From the human T2T-CHM13v2.0 reference genome, Homo sapiens: a stretch of DNA of 64,000 nucleotides. The position numbers and the translations under genes are program-made. The DNA is taken from positions 17,312,001 through 17,376,000 of the forward strand of contig CP068257.2 in NCBI GenBank assembly GCA_009914755.4. Direction: 5' to 3'. Below, piece by piece: positions 36,770-51,194 of the stretch (positions are counted from its first letter, which is position 1; each line of letters starts with the position of its first letter). The notes under the pieces were generated by a model, which saw nothing but the letters and a program-made list of their open reading frames with translations, was not told where the DNA came from and did no database searches.

Positions 36770-38520
36770 TACTTTTATTAATTTCTTCTTTATACGCCTT
36801 ATGTCTTCATAATTGTTTAATAATTTCCACCTTCTAGAATAAATCCTTTGACTTTCCCTTTGGCCTTTCTCCACTCTCTTGTTAATCACTCTAATGTTTT
36901 CAGCAGCATCTGTAAGATCCATGAGGGAAATCTGAAACAACAAATCTGACAAGGCTTCCTAAACTATCCTTCTGTTTTGCAACAGCAAGATTAAATGAGG
37001 CATCCATGTTAAAGGGGCAACCTTAATCACAGCATTTGCCATAAAAGGCGTATTCAGCAGGTGAATATTTTGGTCACCATAAATTCAGTCCCACATAGCT
37101 TGCATGTGAAACGTATCAGCTAATTCATCTAAGGCGTTCCACTTGGCATTTACACAGGGAGTCAAAAAATCTCCCTTCTCCTGGTAAACAGATGTTCTAG
37201 TGGCTTTTTTTTTTTCAGTCCACTAGGCTGGTAACTCCCTCAAGAATAACCTCTATGTGTCTGGATTGTGTGTAACTATATTTGATTGTTCCATGGTGAG
37301 CAGTGGGGTTTGCATCAACCCAAACATGCTCTTTCAACTCTGCAGCCTATAAAACCAAAAGCACTGCTCCTAAATTAGATTGTCTCACAATCAATTTTAG
37401 TAAATGTTCCTGAGGAAGCTGATGAAATATATCTACAAAATAAAACAATTTCTTCATGCTATACCCTCTGGTTTCAATATACTACTCCCCTAAAAAAAAC
37501 AGGGTTCCTTCACTTAGTGAGTAACAGATGACTCTCCATGAGAAGACAGGTTTTGATCAATAGGGATTTTATTACTTGGAACAGGTAAGGAGGACACTGA
37601 AAGTATTATTCAATTCAAGGCGCTGTGTCTCTGAGAGAAAGTGACAGAAGGGTTTTATGGGGTGATGGAGAGGAGGGAGGGTGAATCATTGCATGTAGAG
37701 AAGAGGTCCCAGTGTCGAAGATGTGGTGAGTCGTTATGCCAGCACGTAGGTCAGATGTTATAATAATGAAGCCCCCGTCCCTCCCAGGGTGGAGATTTTA
37801 GCATGGTAATGAGGAAAGTTTATGTGGGTTAATCTATAAATTGCTGGAATCCGTCAGGAGCCGGTTTGAACCAACTAGGTGACCACATTCCACACAGGGT
37901 TTTGAAAAAGCAAGACTGCAAAGCAGGAGGCTGTAGAACAGGCTGATTGCTCAAGGTTATTAAATTCCTGTACCCTGGAGACCCTCCCTGTCTGCTTAAA
38001 AAAATGTTTCTTGGTTTTGTCCTTTACTCACATTGACTATTTTCTTGATAACCACAGGTTCTAGAAGTACTTGCTTTTGTCCCTGCATAAATTTGCCCTC
38101 GGGGAATTTTGCCGAAGTTCAGACTGGCTGAAATATGAGCTCGGTATAGCATCAAGTTTTGACCCAGCACTCTCTTTTAACTTCATTTTAGCTATTGCAG
38201 AAAACAATAACAAAGAGGCTGAATATTTCACTGTTTTCTTATTAGTTTGCATTTCCCTATGTGCCCAGTGAACCAGCTCTGTGGGAGTTTGATCCATCAC
38301 TAAATTCCATGGTAACTTTTACCTTTAGTAACTTCTTGTAGCACAACTGTGGCTCCATACCATGGCTGGCCAGATAGTCCACGAAGTACCAAAGGTTTTC
38401 TCCTGCCCTACCCACTCATCCTTTCTCTTGCCGAGCCACAGTTTTCTGTGAGCCAGGGCCATTTTAACAACTTCTGATTCACTGATACCAATTTTGAATT
38501 TGTGAACACCCAAAGTGTTG
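36770..38520 (-). mobile_element. pogo/Tigger-like DNA transposon remnant (transposase DDE-region fragments), antisense
   Basis: Minus-strand translations carry Tigger-type motifs. ..PTAHHGTIKYSYTQSRHIEVILEGVTSLVD (about 37215-37300) resembles the third catalytic motif FPPNVTSLIQPCDQG. ATRTSVYQEKGDFLTPCVNAKWNALDELAD (about 37050-37200) resembles KDAIYAVANAWNTV. LKESAGSKLDAIPSSYFSQSELRQ (ORF 38061..38300-) resembles GEAASADVEAAASYPEDLAKII of Tigger1. Frames are broken by stops and shifts. CpGs retained (gccgaagttc, gagctcggtat, ccacgaagtacc, gccgagcc). Confidence 0.5.
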
Positions 38521-40101
38521 TATCACTCTTAGAATTTGTTCAGTAACTAAATGAGAAAAAACAAATGTTTTGTTAAAATAAGGAGAGCATGATTAGCATA
38601 AAGTTTCATGTGTCTATCTAGGAGTAAACAACGTAGAGTAGTAATGATCATAAACGAATAAGGTGAATGAAAATATGATTTTCTTTTCATTGGCAAATAA
38701 ATAAATTTAGAAAGATACATGTGAAAGTCAGAAAAATGTTCATTAGTATTGACAAGAAGGGCAATTAATTTGAAAGAGGGAAATATAACTAGTTTATTTG
38801 TGTTTTTAAATCTGTTATGTCTTTAAAAATAAAAGACCATGCAAAAATAAAGCATTTGTTTTGGAAAGGCAGTCAATTTAACCACAAAGATTAAATGGGG
38901 TTGTATAATAATCAATTGAATTAAAAAATTCTTGTGTCTACAATACTAAGCTTCATCATAGAAAGATAATACATAACTACTCTGATTTCAAAAGAAAGTG
39001 ATATGACTATGAGATGCAGTTGTTAAGACCATTTGGATTGAAAATTCTTCTTCAAAGTGTCAAGTCAGTCACATTATCTATTTCCTAGGAGCCCATGTGG
39101 AAATCATAGAAAACAGACATTTGGATTTGGGATTCCACGTATCCCCCAGCTTTTGACCTCCTGGTTCCAAGCTACTACTTTTATTATGGCACCCATATGG
39201 ACTACAAAAGTGTACTAGACAGACAGGCTTTCTATATTTGGTTTTTACATTGTCTGGGTTCCATCTCTGTGAATCTCTGGTCTCATTATACCTCATGGGC
39301 TTTTTTTCTTCTATTGACTAAAGATTTTTCTGTTGTTGTTTATTTTTCAGGGTTGTTATGTCCCTCCATTGCCTCTCAGCTGTTACTACTTTTCTTTTAG
39401 TATCTTCCTTGGCCTAGCCTATAGTTAGAGTTAGTCACACTGTAGAATATTTTAAAAATGAAAATAAAGAAATACAAAAAATAAAAATAAAAATTTCTAC
39501 TACTTGGAAAATGTATCTTGAGCACATTTAAATTAAATTCAATTAGAATTTTAAATACAATTTTATTAATTTAGATTAATTATATTAAATCAAATTAATA
39601 AAATGTGTTAAAATTAAAAGTTTTTAAAATATTAATCTATATTTATTATATTTCAGTTAAATATATTCTATTTATCTAAATAGATCCAACTGGGTCTACT
39701 CTATCCATATGGGACTAGAATCCATCATCCTAACCGTTTTGCTATGGTTCCTCTCCAAACATACATATATAGGTTATCCTTTGTATATGCTCCATATATT
39801 ACATCATGCATGTATTCATTATGCCCAAATATGGAAAAGAAATGGTTATACTGACAGAGACTAATTATTTTGAACTGCATTGATAAAAATATATTAACAA
39901 GAAGAAAAGCTGTAGATGAAAACAGAATACTGGTCAAATTCTTCCTGGAATCAAGTCTCAATCTTTGACCCTCACATAGTGAAAAGAAATGTACTGAAAG
40001 CTGGGTAATCAGGATTGAGAGGACTTTCTTTGTATTTACTAGTTTCTTTGCCTGGAATATTTTTCCACAGCTAACTCGATGCCTGGCTCCTTCCGTGCTG
40101 T

Positions 40102-40437
<336 letters not shown>

Positions 40438-41487
40438 TAGATACGCTCTCCTGATCTAAAGCAGTCGTGATCCAAAGCATCCCGTGTCCTGCTCTGGCTT
40501 CATTGTTCTCTATTCAGAGTCTCGGTTATGTGCTTCAGAGAACTTACTAGCATTTTCAGCAACAGTATTTCTTTGTTTCTTTGTGCTCTATCACTATCAG
40601 AAGAATGTACATTCATTAGGTGAGGAATCACATCTATCTTGTTTACGGTTGTATCCCAGAACATAACATGAGTTGTTTTTTTTTTTAAAAAAAAGCATTA
40701 CTAAATTTTTTTTTTAATAAAGGCACAAGAAAGTCAAAGTTAAATAAAATATAGAAAAGAACCTCTAAATGTAAAATGTTTTATTTCAGGAAGCAAGAAT
40801 TGCAATTCAGGCCATCCATGTAGACCAGGTAGTTTTTTGTATGTCTGAAGAACAAACAGAAATTCAGAGGTCTTATATAAAAAGATAAATGTTATATATT
40901 ATTCTTCAAGAAAGTTCATTGGTACTAGTAAAGTTTTGGGGAGCTAGTAAGTTCTAACTGGTAAGTGACTGTGGTGGGCAAAACTATACTTGGAATTGCA
41001 GTAGGTTGTTTCAGTAGCTATTAGATAATCAAGATTTAATAAAAATGAAATAAATATCAATGCCTTAATATTAATGAATATAGAGCTAATTTGTAATTAT
41101 TAATTAATTTTATATTATTAATATAGTATTTTGATGTTGAATTAATTATGATGAGTGATTACAAGTACAAGGAGAAATTTTGACCTTCATTGAACAATAA
41201 TTGTGTATTGAAGTACCTTGAAAGGCAACTTCCTTAACTGGAAAGAAAAATGCCTTTAACCACAGAAGCTGTGAGAATGAGGAGATACAAAAACATAGGC
41301 AAGGTAGTACTTAATTTCTGAATCCCAAAATAGTACTACAATTGGCAAGGTTTGGAACCTCGGACAAGTTATTTAACCTTGGAATTTCAATTTTATGTCT
41401 GTAAAATGGTAATAAAACCATTCACATCTCACAAGTTGATGAGTGCTGTAGGTATATCATTTTGAAATGCATTATTAAGATATCAAT

Positions 41488-41947
<460 letters not shown>

Positions 41948-42060
41948 GAAAAAGAAAAAGAAAGAATGAAAGAAAGAACAAAAGAAAGAAAGGAAGGAAG
42001 GAAAGAAGGAAGGAAGGAAGGAGAAAAAAGGGGGAGGAGGAGGAGGAAGGAGGAGAAAGA
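41948..42060 (+). repeat. (GAAA)n/(GGAA)n polypurine microsatellite at the Alu tail
   Basis: gaaaaagaaaaagaaagaatgaaagaaagaacaaaagaaagaaaggaaggaaggaaagaaggaaggaaggaaggagaaaaaagggggaggaggaggaggaaggaggagaaaga. About 93 nt are purine-only on the + strand. Generates the low-complexity ORFs 41725..42180-, 41834..42067-, 41900..42136+ and 41904..42218-. Confidence 0.9.
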
Positions 42061-42095
42061 ATTGCACAGCTGGTCGAGATTTTGTTCAGCTCTGG

Positions 42096-42350
<255 letters not shown>

Positions 42351-43799
42351 TAATTCATGCAAAAAGAATAGACAAATATGCTATGTCTGTCGGGTGAATA
42401 TACAGTATTTTATCAGATAGTACAAGAAATTAAAAGTGACCACTGCAGCTTATTATGTCTGAAGTGCATTGTCTCTTCTAAATGCAAGTTGCCTTGGTGG
42501 CAGATTATATCTAGGCTTGTGCCAAGAAGGGGGAAAAAAGAAAACACCAATTCATGTTTCTAACGCAGAAATTTTCTGTGATGGTATTACTGAAACACCA
42601 GGGGTTCAGTGTAGGTCCTGCCACTTGCTGCATAGAAAGCCAATCACTGAGACAAAAATCACTGCCAAGGAAGAAGGCTTTAACGGGGTGCTGCAGCCAA
42701 GGAGATGGGAGTTCAGTCTCAAATCTATCTCCTTGAAGGACTAAAATTAGGGGTTCACACAGCACGGAAAAAGTGTAATAATTTGTTAGAAAACAAGAAC
42801 TAGTGTGTGATAAGGAAACAAAATGTGGGATCCCAGTATCTCATTGTCTGGATGCAGTGATCTCGTGAGTTTCAGACCTTGATACTTTTTGAGAGATCTA
42901 GGGGGTCGTTTCTTGAGGATGAAACTCAGATAAAATAAATGTAAGTTTCAAGCTTTAAGACTGGAGGAGTCAATTTCTATGTTTATCCAAAAGAGCTGTG
43001 TATGGGACTGTTGGATCAGTTTCAAGGCTTGAGCTAAAAAAAACCTATTGAAACTCTTCTGAATCTTCCTATATGCTTCTTCTGGGGATGATCATTGAAA
43101 TCAATATATATTTCTTCTAAACAAAAGGGAAAGCACAGTTCTTACTTTTCAAAATATCTTTGGATAAATGTATATAGTTGAAATGCTGTCTCACATTCAC
43201 TACTTCGAATTAAGAAATAACACTGCATTAAGCTCTAATAATTAAACAAAACAAAACAAAATATAGTGACCATATTATCTAGTTACTTTTCATGAAAATA
43301 ATGTTTAAACATAACCTATTTTTACATCAAGAAATTTTATCTAATATCACTTTGGTTCTAGTTTTACATTTGCCTGTGAAGATCACAATGCATCATTTAT
43401 TCTTCCAGAAGCTATCTGATTTTGAAGTAACAAAATGATTTTCTGAGAATCCAAATACAAAAGCTTAAGTGTGGGTAAAATGTTTGCATATATATTTGAA
43501 CATACTTGTTATGTATGTTGGTGTACTAAGACAAGGGCAAATGTAGTTTGTTTGTATTCAAACTGCAAAACGTACACAAATTACCAAGATACCCATAATA
43601 AAATACCTCTTTGACTTTTCTGATGGTTTAGTTTATAATAAATTTTCAATGAAATATTTTGTAAAAAATTAAAATAGATATGAAAGTAGCTTGATATAAA
43701 CTGAATATTGTAAAAAGTGTTTTTGCAATTTTCTGCTAGTTTATATATTTAAAAAATTTCATATTCTTAATTATTGTATTTTAAAGATCACATTTCTCC

Positions 43800-43925
43800 A
43801 TACATGAAAATAGAAACCAAGTGAGTGTGTATATGTATTCATTTAGCTTTTGTATACATATGTACACATATACACATATACAGTTATATATGTGCATATA
43901 TACATGTGTGTGTCTGTGTGTAACA
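43800..43925. repeat. (TG/TA/CA)-rich simple repeat
   Basis: gtgtgtatatgtattcatttagcttttgtatacatatgtacacatatacacatatacagttatatatgtgcatatatacatgtgtgtgtctgtgtgtaac. Confidence 0.6.
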
Positions 43926-44975
43926 AGATAATAGATTAAATGAAGAGGAATATGGCATACTATTGGTTAATAAGTATATTTATATTGTGTGTTTAATAGG
44001 AAGTCTTACATATAAATTCTATGTTCTTAAAGATGTCAGAATAACCATTATAAGTCATAAACTGTCACTTTTTTTACAAAGTTGTTAAGATGAAATTGAA
44101 TGCTTTTGCACAAATATCTCAGCCCTGAAGAGCGTTATGTTTTCAATGAGTTTTAAAAATTTTTTAGTCATCTTTCCTATAGAGCTGAAGAATAAGCCCC
44201 AGTATCATTCTGAACGGCTGTTTTATGGTATTTATTTAATTGGTACTCTAAGGAATTCAGCTTTTGAACAGTGAAATTTTCACTCATGATGTTTATTTAT
44301 TGAATGCCAAATGTATCATAAACTATTCCAGAGACAAAGTGATTTTCCTATAAAATTAATATTTAAAATATTGAAAGCTTTGATAATTAATTCATCATTG
44401 TAACTTACATATATACTTTTTATTAACTAAAATTTTATCTCTCAACTCCCAAATTATAACTTGTTATTCTTCCATCCGTTCTTCTGAAAGAAAGCACTTG
44501 GTTTAACACAGCTCCATAAATAATTTTTTCCAATAGTAATCTGTTCAACATTTTTAAGTTGACAACCAAAATATTGATGTTATAGCTGCCTTCACTAATA
44601 TGACTTATGATTCTGTAAAAGCCTCACTTGATTTATAGAAGATACTTCAACTTCCATTAAATCTTCCTTTAATGATCCTGAGTTCTATCTTTTTTGTAAG
44701 AGCATCACAATTTCTAAACAAAGCTAGGTACAAATGTCTGAGGAGGCCAACCATTATTTCCTCAGAGTTACGGGAAGATAGTTTTTTTTTCTTTTTTCAA
44801 TGTGCTGCCTTTTGGAGCAACAATTAATTTGATATTTGAAGTTCTTTGGCCAGAATGTTAATGCTTCATGCATTATAAAGTGTTGCATATTTATTTCTCT
44901 TTAATAGATACCAAAAGAAAGTAAATACATTTAAATAATTAAAATTTCTTGTAAGATTTTTTACTATGGTTTAAA

Positions 44976-45331
44976 TGTGTCCCCCAAAGTTCATGTATTG
45001 GAAACTTAATCCTCAATGTAACAGTCTTCGGAGCTAGGACTTAATAAGAGGTGATTAATGTATGAGGGCTCTACCCTTACAAATAGATTAATGTTATCAT
45101 GAGAGTGAATTAGTTATCATATAAGTAGGCTTGTTATAAAAGTTGGACCTTTCACTCTGTTGCTCCTTTATCTTTCCCCATAGAATGATGCAGCACGAAA
45201 GCCACCACCAGATGCTGGGGCCATGCTCTTGGACTTCTCAGCCTCGAGAACCATGAGCCAAATAAAATTCTATTGTTTATAAACTACCCAATCTCGAGTG
45301 TTGTTACAGTCATACAAAACAGATGAAGACA
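44976..45331 (+). mobile_element. ERVL/MaLR-type solitary LTR (family not resolved), sense
   Basis: tgtgtcccccaaagttcatgtattggaaacttaatcctcaatgtaacagtcttcggagctaggacttaataagaggtgattaatgtatgagggctctacccttac...gatgcagcacgaaagccaccaccagatgctggggccatgctcttggacttctcagcctcgagaaccatgagccaaataaaattctattgtttataaactacccaatctcgagtgttgttacagtcatacaaaacagatgaagaca. Classic LTR consensus structure (tgtgtcccccaaaattcatatgttgaagccctaaccc...cttggacttcccagcctccagaactgtgag..aataaa...ggactaagaca), TG...CA termini. Confidence 0.6.
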
Positions 45332-46213
45332 TTGCTGAATTGTTTTTGTTTTTTATTCTTTCCTTTATTTTTTCTCCCATTACCTGGTATTATTATTAGG
45401 CTCCATAATTCAGTGTAGTATTGTTATATTTACTAAAAAGCATATATTTGATCATATGCTAGCTAAAGGATTCTAGATATATTAGAATATAAAATTTAAA
45501 ACTTTTACTTTTGGTGATCAATTCTATCAAAAAACTAATAATCATACATAATTCTCATGGAAAATATTTTTCACCAAAAAATTCTTTTGTTTCAAATTAG
45601 TTCTCTAATATCAAACATGCATACCTAAATAATGAACTTATTTTACACCTCTCCATTTTAGTGATTTACAAACTACATAATAGAAAATAAATCCTCACTT
45701 AATATTGTCAGTAGGTTCTTAGACATTGTGACTTTAAGTGAAACAACGTATAAAATAACTACTTGTTTTTCATGAGTGTTATAGAAAATGAAGTTGAAGA
45801 TAAAGATGTCCTTTGAGGACATGCTGCATATTTTTTCTTTCAAAGTTTCAGTTTCCAAGAAGCTATCAATGGTGTTAAATAAAGAATTGCTGTATTTAAT
45901 TTAATCAGTGCTTTCCTGTGTTGGAAAGGGGTTTTGAGACACTATTTCATTCCGTTCACCCTCTTGCTCTCTGTACCTATTTTCTTGGATTTCTCAGTAT
46001 ATAACATTGTGAATAAAACTGGAATAAATTAAATGACACCTCAATAAAAATATTTGTTCCCCAAAAACTGATATTTCTGTAGAAAATACTTGTTATTTTA
46101 GTTACATTTTTAAAACAAAGTGTAAATAATAACTTCCTAGGTGCTGGCACTCTTGATACTCTTTACTCTGCTCTGATTGTTCCAAAGTGTATATGCTATA
46201 GTCAGAATGCTTT

Positions 46214-46695
46214 TGTCCCCATATAATTTATATCTTGAAATCTTAATATCCAAGCCAATAATATTAGGAGGTTGGTCTTTTGGGAGATGATTAGGTCATG
46301 AATGCAGAGCCCTCATGAATGGAATCATTGCCCTTATAAAATAGGCCCATGCGGGCACAGTGGCATAGTGTGGACCTGTAATCCCCACTACTCAGGAAGC
46401 TAATATGCAAGGATTGCTTGAGACCAGGAGTAAACCAGCTGGGGCAACAGAGTGAGACCATATCTCATAATGAATAAATGAATTAATGAATGAATAAATA
46501 AACAGGCCCAATAGGCCCATTTACCCTTTCTATCATGTAAGGACATAGCGAGAGAAAGCACAACCTTTGAATTAGGAAATGGGCTCTCACTAGAAACCGT
46601 GTTTGCTGGCACCTGAATTTTGTGTTTGCCAGTCTCCACCTATGAGCAATAAATTTCTATGATACTTTATATTTCAGCCCAGATCAACTAAGACA
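46214..46695 (+). mobile_element. ERVL/MaLR-type solitary LTR (related to, but a different subfamily from, 44976-45331), sense, interrupted by an Alu-monomer insertion
   Basis: tgtccccatataatttatatcttgaaatcttaatatccaagccaataatattaggaggttggtcttttgggagatgattaggtcatgaatgcagagccctcatgaatggaatcattgcccttataaaataggccc [insert] aataggcccatttaccctttctatcatgtaaggacatagcgagagaaagcac...gccagtctccacctatgagcaataaatttctatgatactttatatttcagcccagatcaactaagaca. Confidence 0.5.
46349..46509 (+). mobile_element. free Alu monomer-like SINE insertion with (AATG/AAAT)n tail and 9-bp TSD
   Basis: atgcgggcacagtggcatagtgtggacctgtaatccccactactcaggaagctaatatgcaaggattgcttgagaccaggagtaaaccagctggggcaacagagtgagaccatatctcataatgaataaatgaattaatgaatgaataaataaacagg. 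Flanked by the direct repeat aataggccc (46340-46348 and 46510-46518). Confidence 0.7.
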
Positions 46696-49600
46696 ACATG
46701 TCTTCTAAAATGCTACATATAAAATGTACTTATTTATTTGTAAAAATTGTATTGATTGGTTATCTCTCTAGAAAGTAAGTTTTATGGAAGAACTTTGTAA
46801 ATAAATAAGTGAATAAACGAGTAAATGAATAAGCTGGTTTTACACTTGTTCCCTGAATTATATTGTAATTTTAAGTATAACTTCTCTTACAATTTTGTTT
46901 CATATTATACGAGTAAGTAAAAATAATCTGGAAGCATATAACTTTTCAATGAAACTTTAAACAAAAATATTCTAAATTAAGTTAACTGGCAAGGATTTAT
47001 TATAATGGATGAAATATATTGGGATATAATTGGTCAAAAAATATAAAAATTATGACAGTTATTTAGGAATAAAAATACATTTATTAATTATACATTAAAA
47101 TAAAAGAACTAAAATAGCTATATAAAAATCTTTTGGAATTAATTTTTACTGGCTCATAGTAATTCTAAATATTACTTACACAATATTTTAACAGTGAACA
47201 CTCAGTGCCTATTCTGTACTTTTATCCCTTTACATACAATAATTTCCCAAAGTGTCATAGCAATATTAACACTAGAAAATGGCTATTAATACTTGTTTAT
47301 ATAAAAGCTAAATTTTGTAATTTTAGAATGTTATAGAATGCAACATCTTTTCTAGGTGAGTTTTTATGATCTTTATGAATAGTTAAATCACTGCCCTAAC
47401 ATTTACAACAGTACAGATGCAGTTTCCTCGCTTGATTCTGTTTCTTACTGTGATTGAGGCAAAGGGCAAAAATCAAAACCTCACATTGGAAGTCAATCAG
47501 GAAAGCAACTGTCTGCTTTAGCTACTCTGTGACTGTACCTTGCCTTTTTAAGGATACAATAGACTACGTGTTAAAAACTAGGATGTTCCTCTCTGGAATG
47601 TGTGTGGAGTGTGTGTGCGTCACATGTGCACACACATGTATGTGTGTGTGATATATTAGAACAAAAGAGAGATTATCTTGTCCAATTTACCCTCAATTTA
47701 GATACTATTTTCTTGGAAACAGACAAAATAAATTACTCAGCACCAGGCCTAATTAGTAAAACAACCAGCATTACAAATCATCTCTTCAGACTCATAACTC
47801 AGTGCTGCTTTACCGTTACAAAAATATTAGAATCTAAATATTTTCAATGAATGATGATGTTCTCCGTTGCTACATGTATTCAGTTTAAAGTACTATTTTT
47901 CCCTTTTCCTACCCATAATAATTTTGTGTATTTTATTATTGGAATCTCTTATGAAATTTAAAATTTGTTGTGAACTTAATAAAACCTAGCAAAGAGTATT
48001 GAATATTCAGAAGAGTGATTTCCCTGCAAACTCCATAAGTGCTTCTAAAATTATACTGATTAATATAATACACATAGATAAAAAGCTTCTCTCTCTTATA
48101 AAATGTGTGAAAAGTTGCATGTATAATAAATAATACTATATTTAATTTCCTAAGTAATGAGTTCACAATGTAATTCCTTACTTAAAAATTTGAAATGATG
48201 AGGATGAATATGTCAAAGATTATTACCAACAGAACAATATTTGTTCATCAACTTAGATGGCAGTAGAAATGATGATAATTTTGAAATAGGGCCAAGGCAC
48301 TAGCTCATGCTCTGTAAGCATACTTGTACTAATAGGCTGAAGACCAGTGTTAAAGTTATCTTTTAGAATAGTAAAATAGCATATGAAAGATACTGCAGTG
48401 GCAAAATATGAAGTTGGAAGTTGACTTGAATCTGCAAGAGTGGACCTCAAGAGGTTGTTTCTGGGTGAAAGTAGAGAATAAGTAATAGAAATATTTGAGA
48501 ATCATTTAATTGGTAGAACTGTTTTATTCACTGTCATAATGGGTTTGGAGTAGAGGAAGTTAAAAAGGTGCTACAGGGTGCAAGTAGGTCTTCATGCTTG
48601 CAGGATGCAGGCAGAGAGAGACAAGAAGTGAGTAAGACAAAAGAATATCAAACCATTTTCTAAGCATGGCCATTCAGCCTGTCAGATCTAAGACAGAGGA
48701 CAGATGTGTAAGACAAGAAACATGGTTTTCATTTATAATACATGTTTCAGATTTAAAATTATTATTAACTGCTATAACTAAAATAAAAACAAAACACTCA
48801 AAGTAATAAGGTAGTAATTATATTCATAGATAAATATAATGCAGTGGAATAATTGTTTGCAAATTAAATTAAATAATGAGAACAAAGAAAAATATTTCTT
48901 TTTAAATTAAAATAATAATGTTTAATTTACAAGAGCAGAATTTGAAGTCCCAATATTTGATTTGAGATAATCTGAGAAGCCATTTTATAAATACACAAAT
49001 GAAATTTCTGAAACATTTGCTGGAAACATAGATATTACAATTATCAAATCCAATCTGTACCTTGAATATTTAGAACTACTGTAAGGTTGACATCCATTTA
49101 GCAAATGAAGTAGACATAAATATTTCATAACAGATTTAAATTTAAAACAAATTTTAAAGGATAAGACAATTAAAAATTGTGCTAATGACATATCAGATGA
49201 GCCATAAAATAATAAAAGAATAGCAAATTCAACAAAATAAAATCTCACTACTAAATATATGAATAAATCTGCTTACCAGTCGTCTATTTACATTAGATAA
49301 TAGTTTATATTTTGTACATGCATGTAATTTATATAAAGCAGATTTGTAGTTATTCATTTTAACTATTTGAAAGCTTTCTATGAACATATTTTATGGCGGA
49401 CATTTTCACTCATATGATATTACTGAGACCTGATGGAATCAAAGTTTTAAAAAGATATATAACATTTGTTGTACATAACAAATTTAGTTATATCTAATAA
49501 GTATCATGTCTTGGGAATTAAAACTTTAAGCATATGTTTAGTAAAATCTGATATAGTTAAACAGTCTACCTATTTACATAAAATACTTCAATGTTAAAAC

Positions 49601-51194
49601 CTCAGGTTTAGTTTTAATAATAAATACTCAAACACCATTGTTTCTTTCCAGTTGCCCTTTTTTGAATTGTATATTGCCTCACTTCTTATTTTTTCCTCTC
49701 TTGTCTCATGAAAAATATTATTTTGAAGTAAAGACCCTGTGTTTAAAATAGCAGTTAATTGAAAATGAAAATAAGAAATACACATTAAAGAAAAAAAACT
49801 TTGTTATAGAACGCTCTTGTTAATGCATAAGGATGTTATCCATTTTTTTTCTCCTGTTTGGTTCCTCCTCGGTTAGGAATAACTAGGTGTTTAGGAAGCA
49901 ATCTTAGGTAATGAAAACAATTAATTACCTTTTTGTAGTGTTTTTATATTTTAACAAGCAAGGACTAGTAATTATCTTGCTAAGGGAAAAATTGATTATT
50001 CCTTTATTTATAGAATAGTCTCTCATCCCTCATAAAATGATCAATAAAGCTGTACCTTGGCTTTACTAACAATTTCTTCTTTATCCATCTTTATTGTAAG
50101 CAAGCATCTTTTGATATCCATGCCCTGTGATGCTTACGCTTTTAGGAAAAAATTCTTCCTCAAAACAGTTCAAATAATATTATTCACTAATGACATATAA
50201 GACTTATTTGCTTTTCTAGTTTATTACTGAGTGAGGTTTGTTTGTTTGCTTGTTTATTTGTAATGGTAGAGAATTCTGAAAAAAAATTATAGGGTGAAAA
50301 TGAAAAGAAAAAGTAACAATCTTTGAATTGTAATAAATATATTATGACATATTATTATAGAAATGCAGTTTAAAATCTGTTTAGTGGCACTAGTACACAT
50401 AATTAATTATAGTGTATAAAGAAAAGTCACTTGTATTTGGCTTTAGATAGCAATATGATTTCAACCCATTTCTACCTTTCTAATAGTTTCCCTATAGTTA
50501 AGTGGACGATGAGGTTTACTTTCCTGAACATATTCAATCTGATAGTTAGGTGGAGGAAGCCAACAGAATGTTGCCACCCAATGTGGGTGGCAGAATGAAG
50601 TCAACCTTGGGTTTCATAAAAATCAGAATGATTGATAGATGTAACCAAGAGGTAAATAGAGAGAAATACACTAAAACAAAATATGAAAATTAAGATTTAC
50701 TAAAAAGTTCATTTGGGAAGGAATATTTTCTTTTGTATTATATGTAATCTTTAAATGTATGCTTTAGAAGTCAATATTACATGTAATTTTATCATTGTAG
50801 TTATATAACGTTAATGTATTCTCTTTCATTAAATCAAAATGAAACTATACTTTTTAAAAAAATATAAATATGGATAGTTTGCATTAATGTATTAAACTCC
50901 CCAAATGGGCTTTTCTCTACTAATGGAATTAAGAATATTTTATTTTTCTTAAATAAAAGCCAACCTGTGTAAGTGCAATGATATGATAAGACCAAAAATG
51001 TCCGCAATAATGTTGGAAGAAAGGTTTTAATAAAGTAATGCTTATTTAATTTATACTGTTAAAGTATAAAATCATTATAATGAAATAAGAAAACAAAAAA
51101 TGTAATGTCATTTGCAGATAAGAACTGTGAACTTTTTCTTTTTGGTTTCCAGGCCATTTTAAAAATTTTTAATTTAATCTTTTTAGAGATCAAT

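Noticed and set aside
36644-36952. 102-aa minus-strand ORF spanning the L1 fragment and flanking sequence
   Set aside because: Its C-terminal half is the L1 ORF2p tail and the middle is a poly-T-encoded KKK run. Its N-terminal 55 aa come from the adjacent Tigger-like relic. It is a chimeric chance frame.
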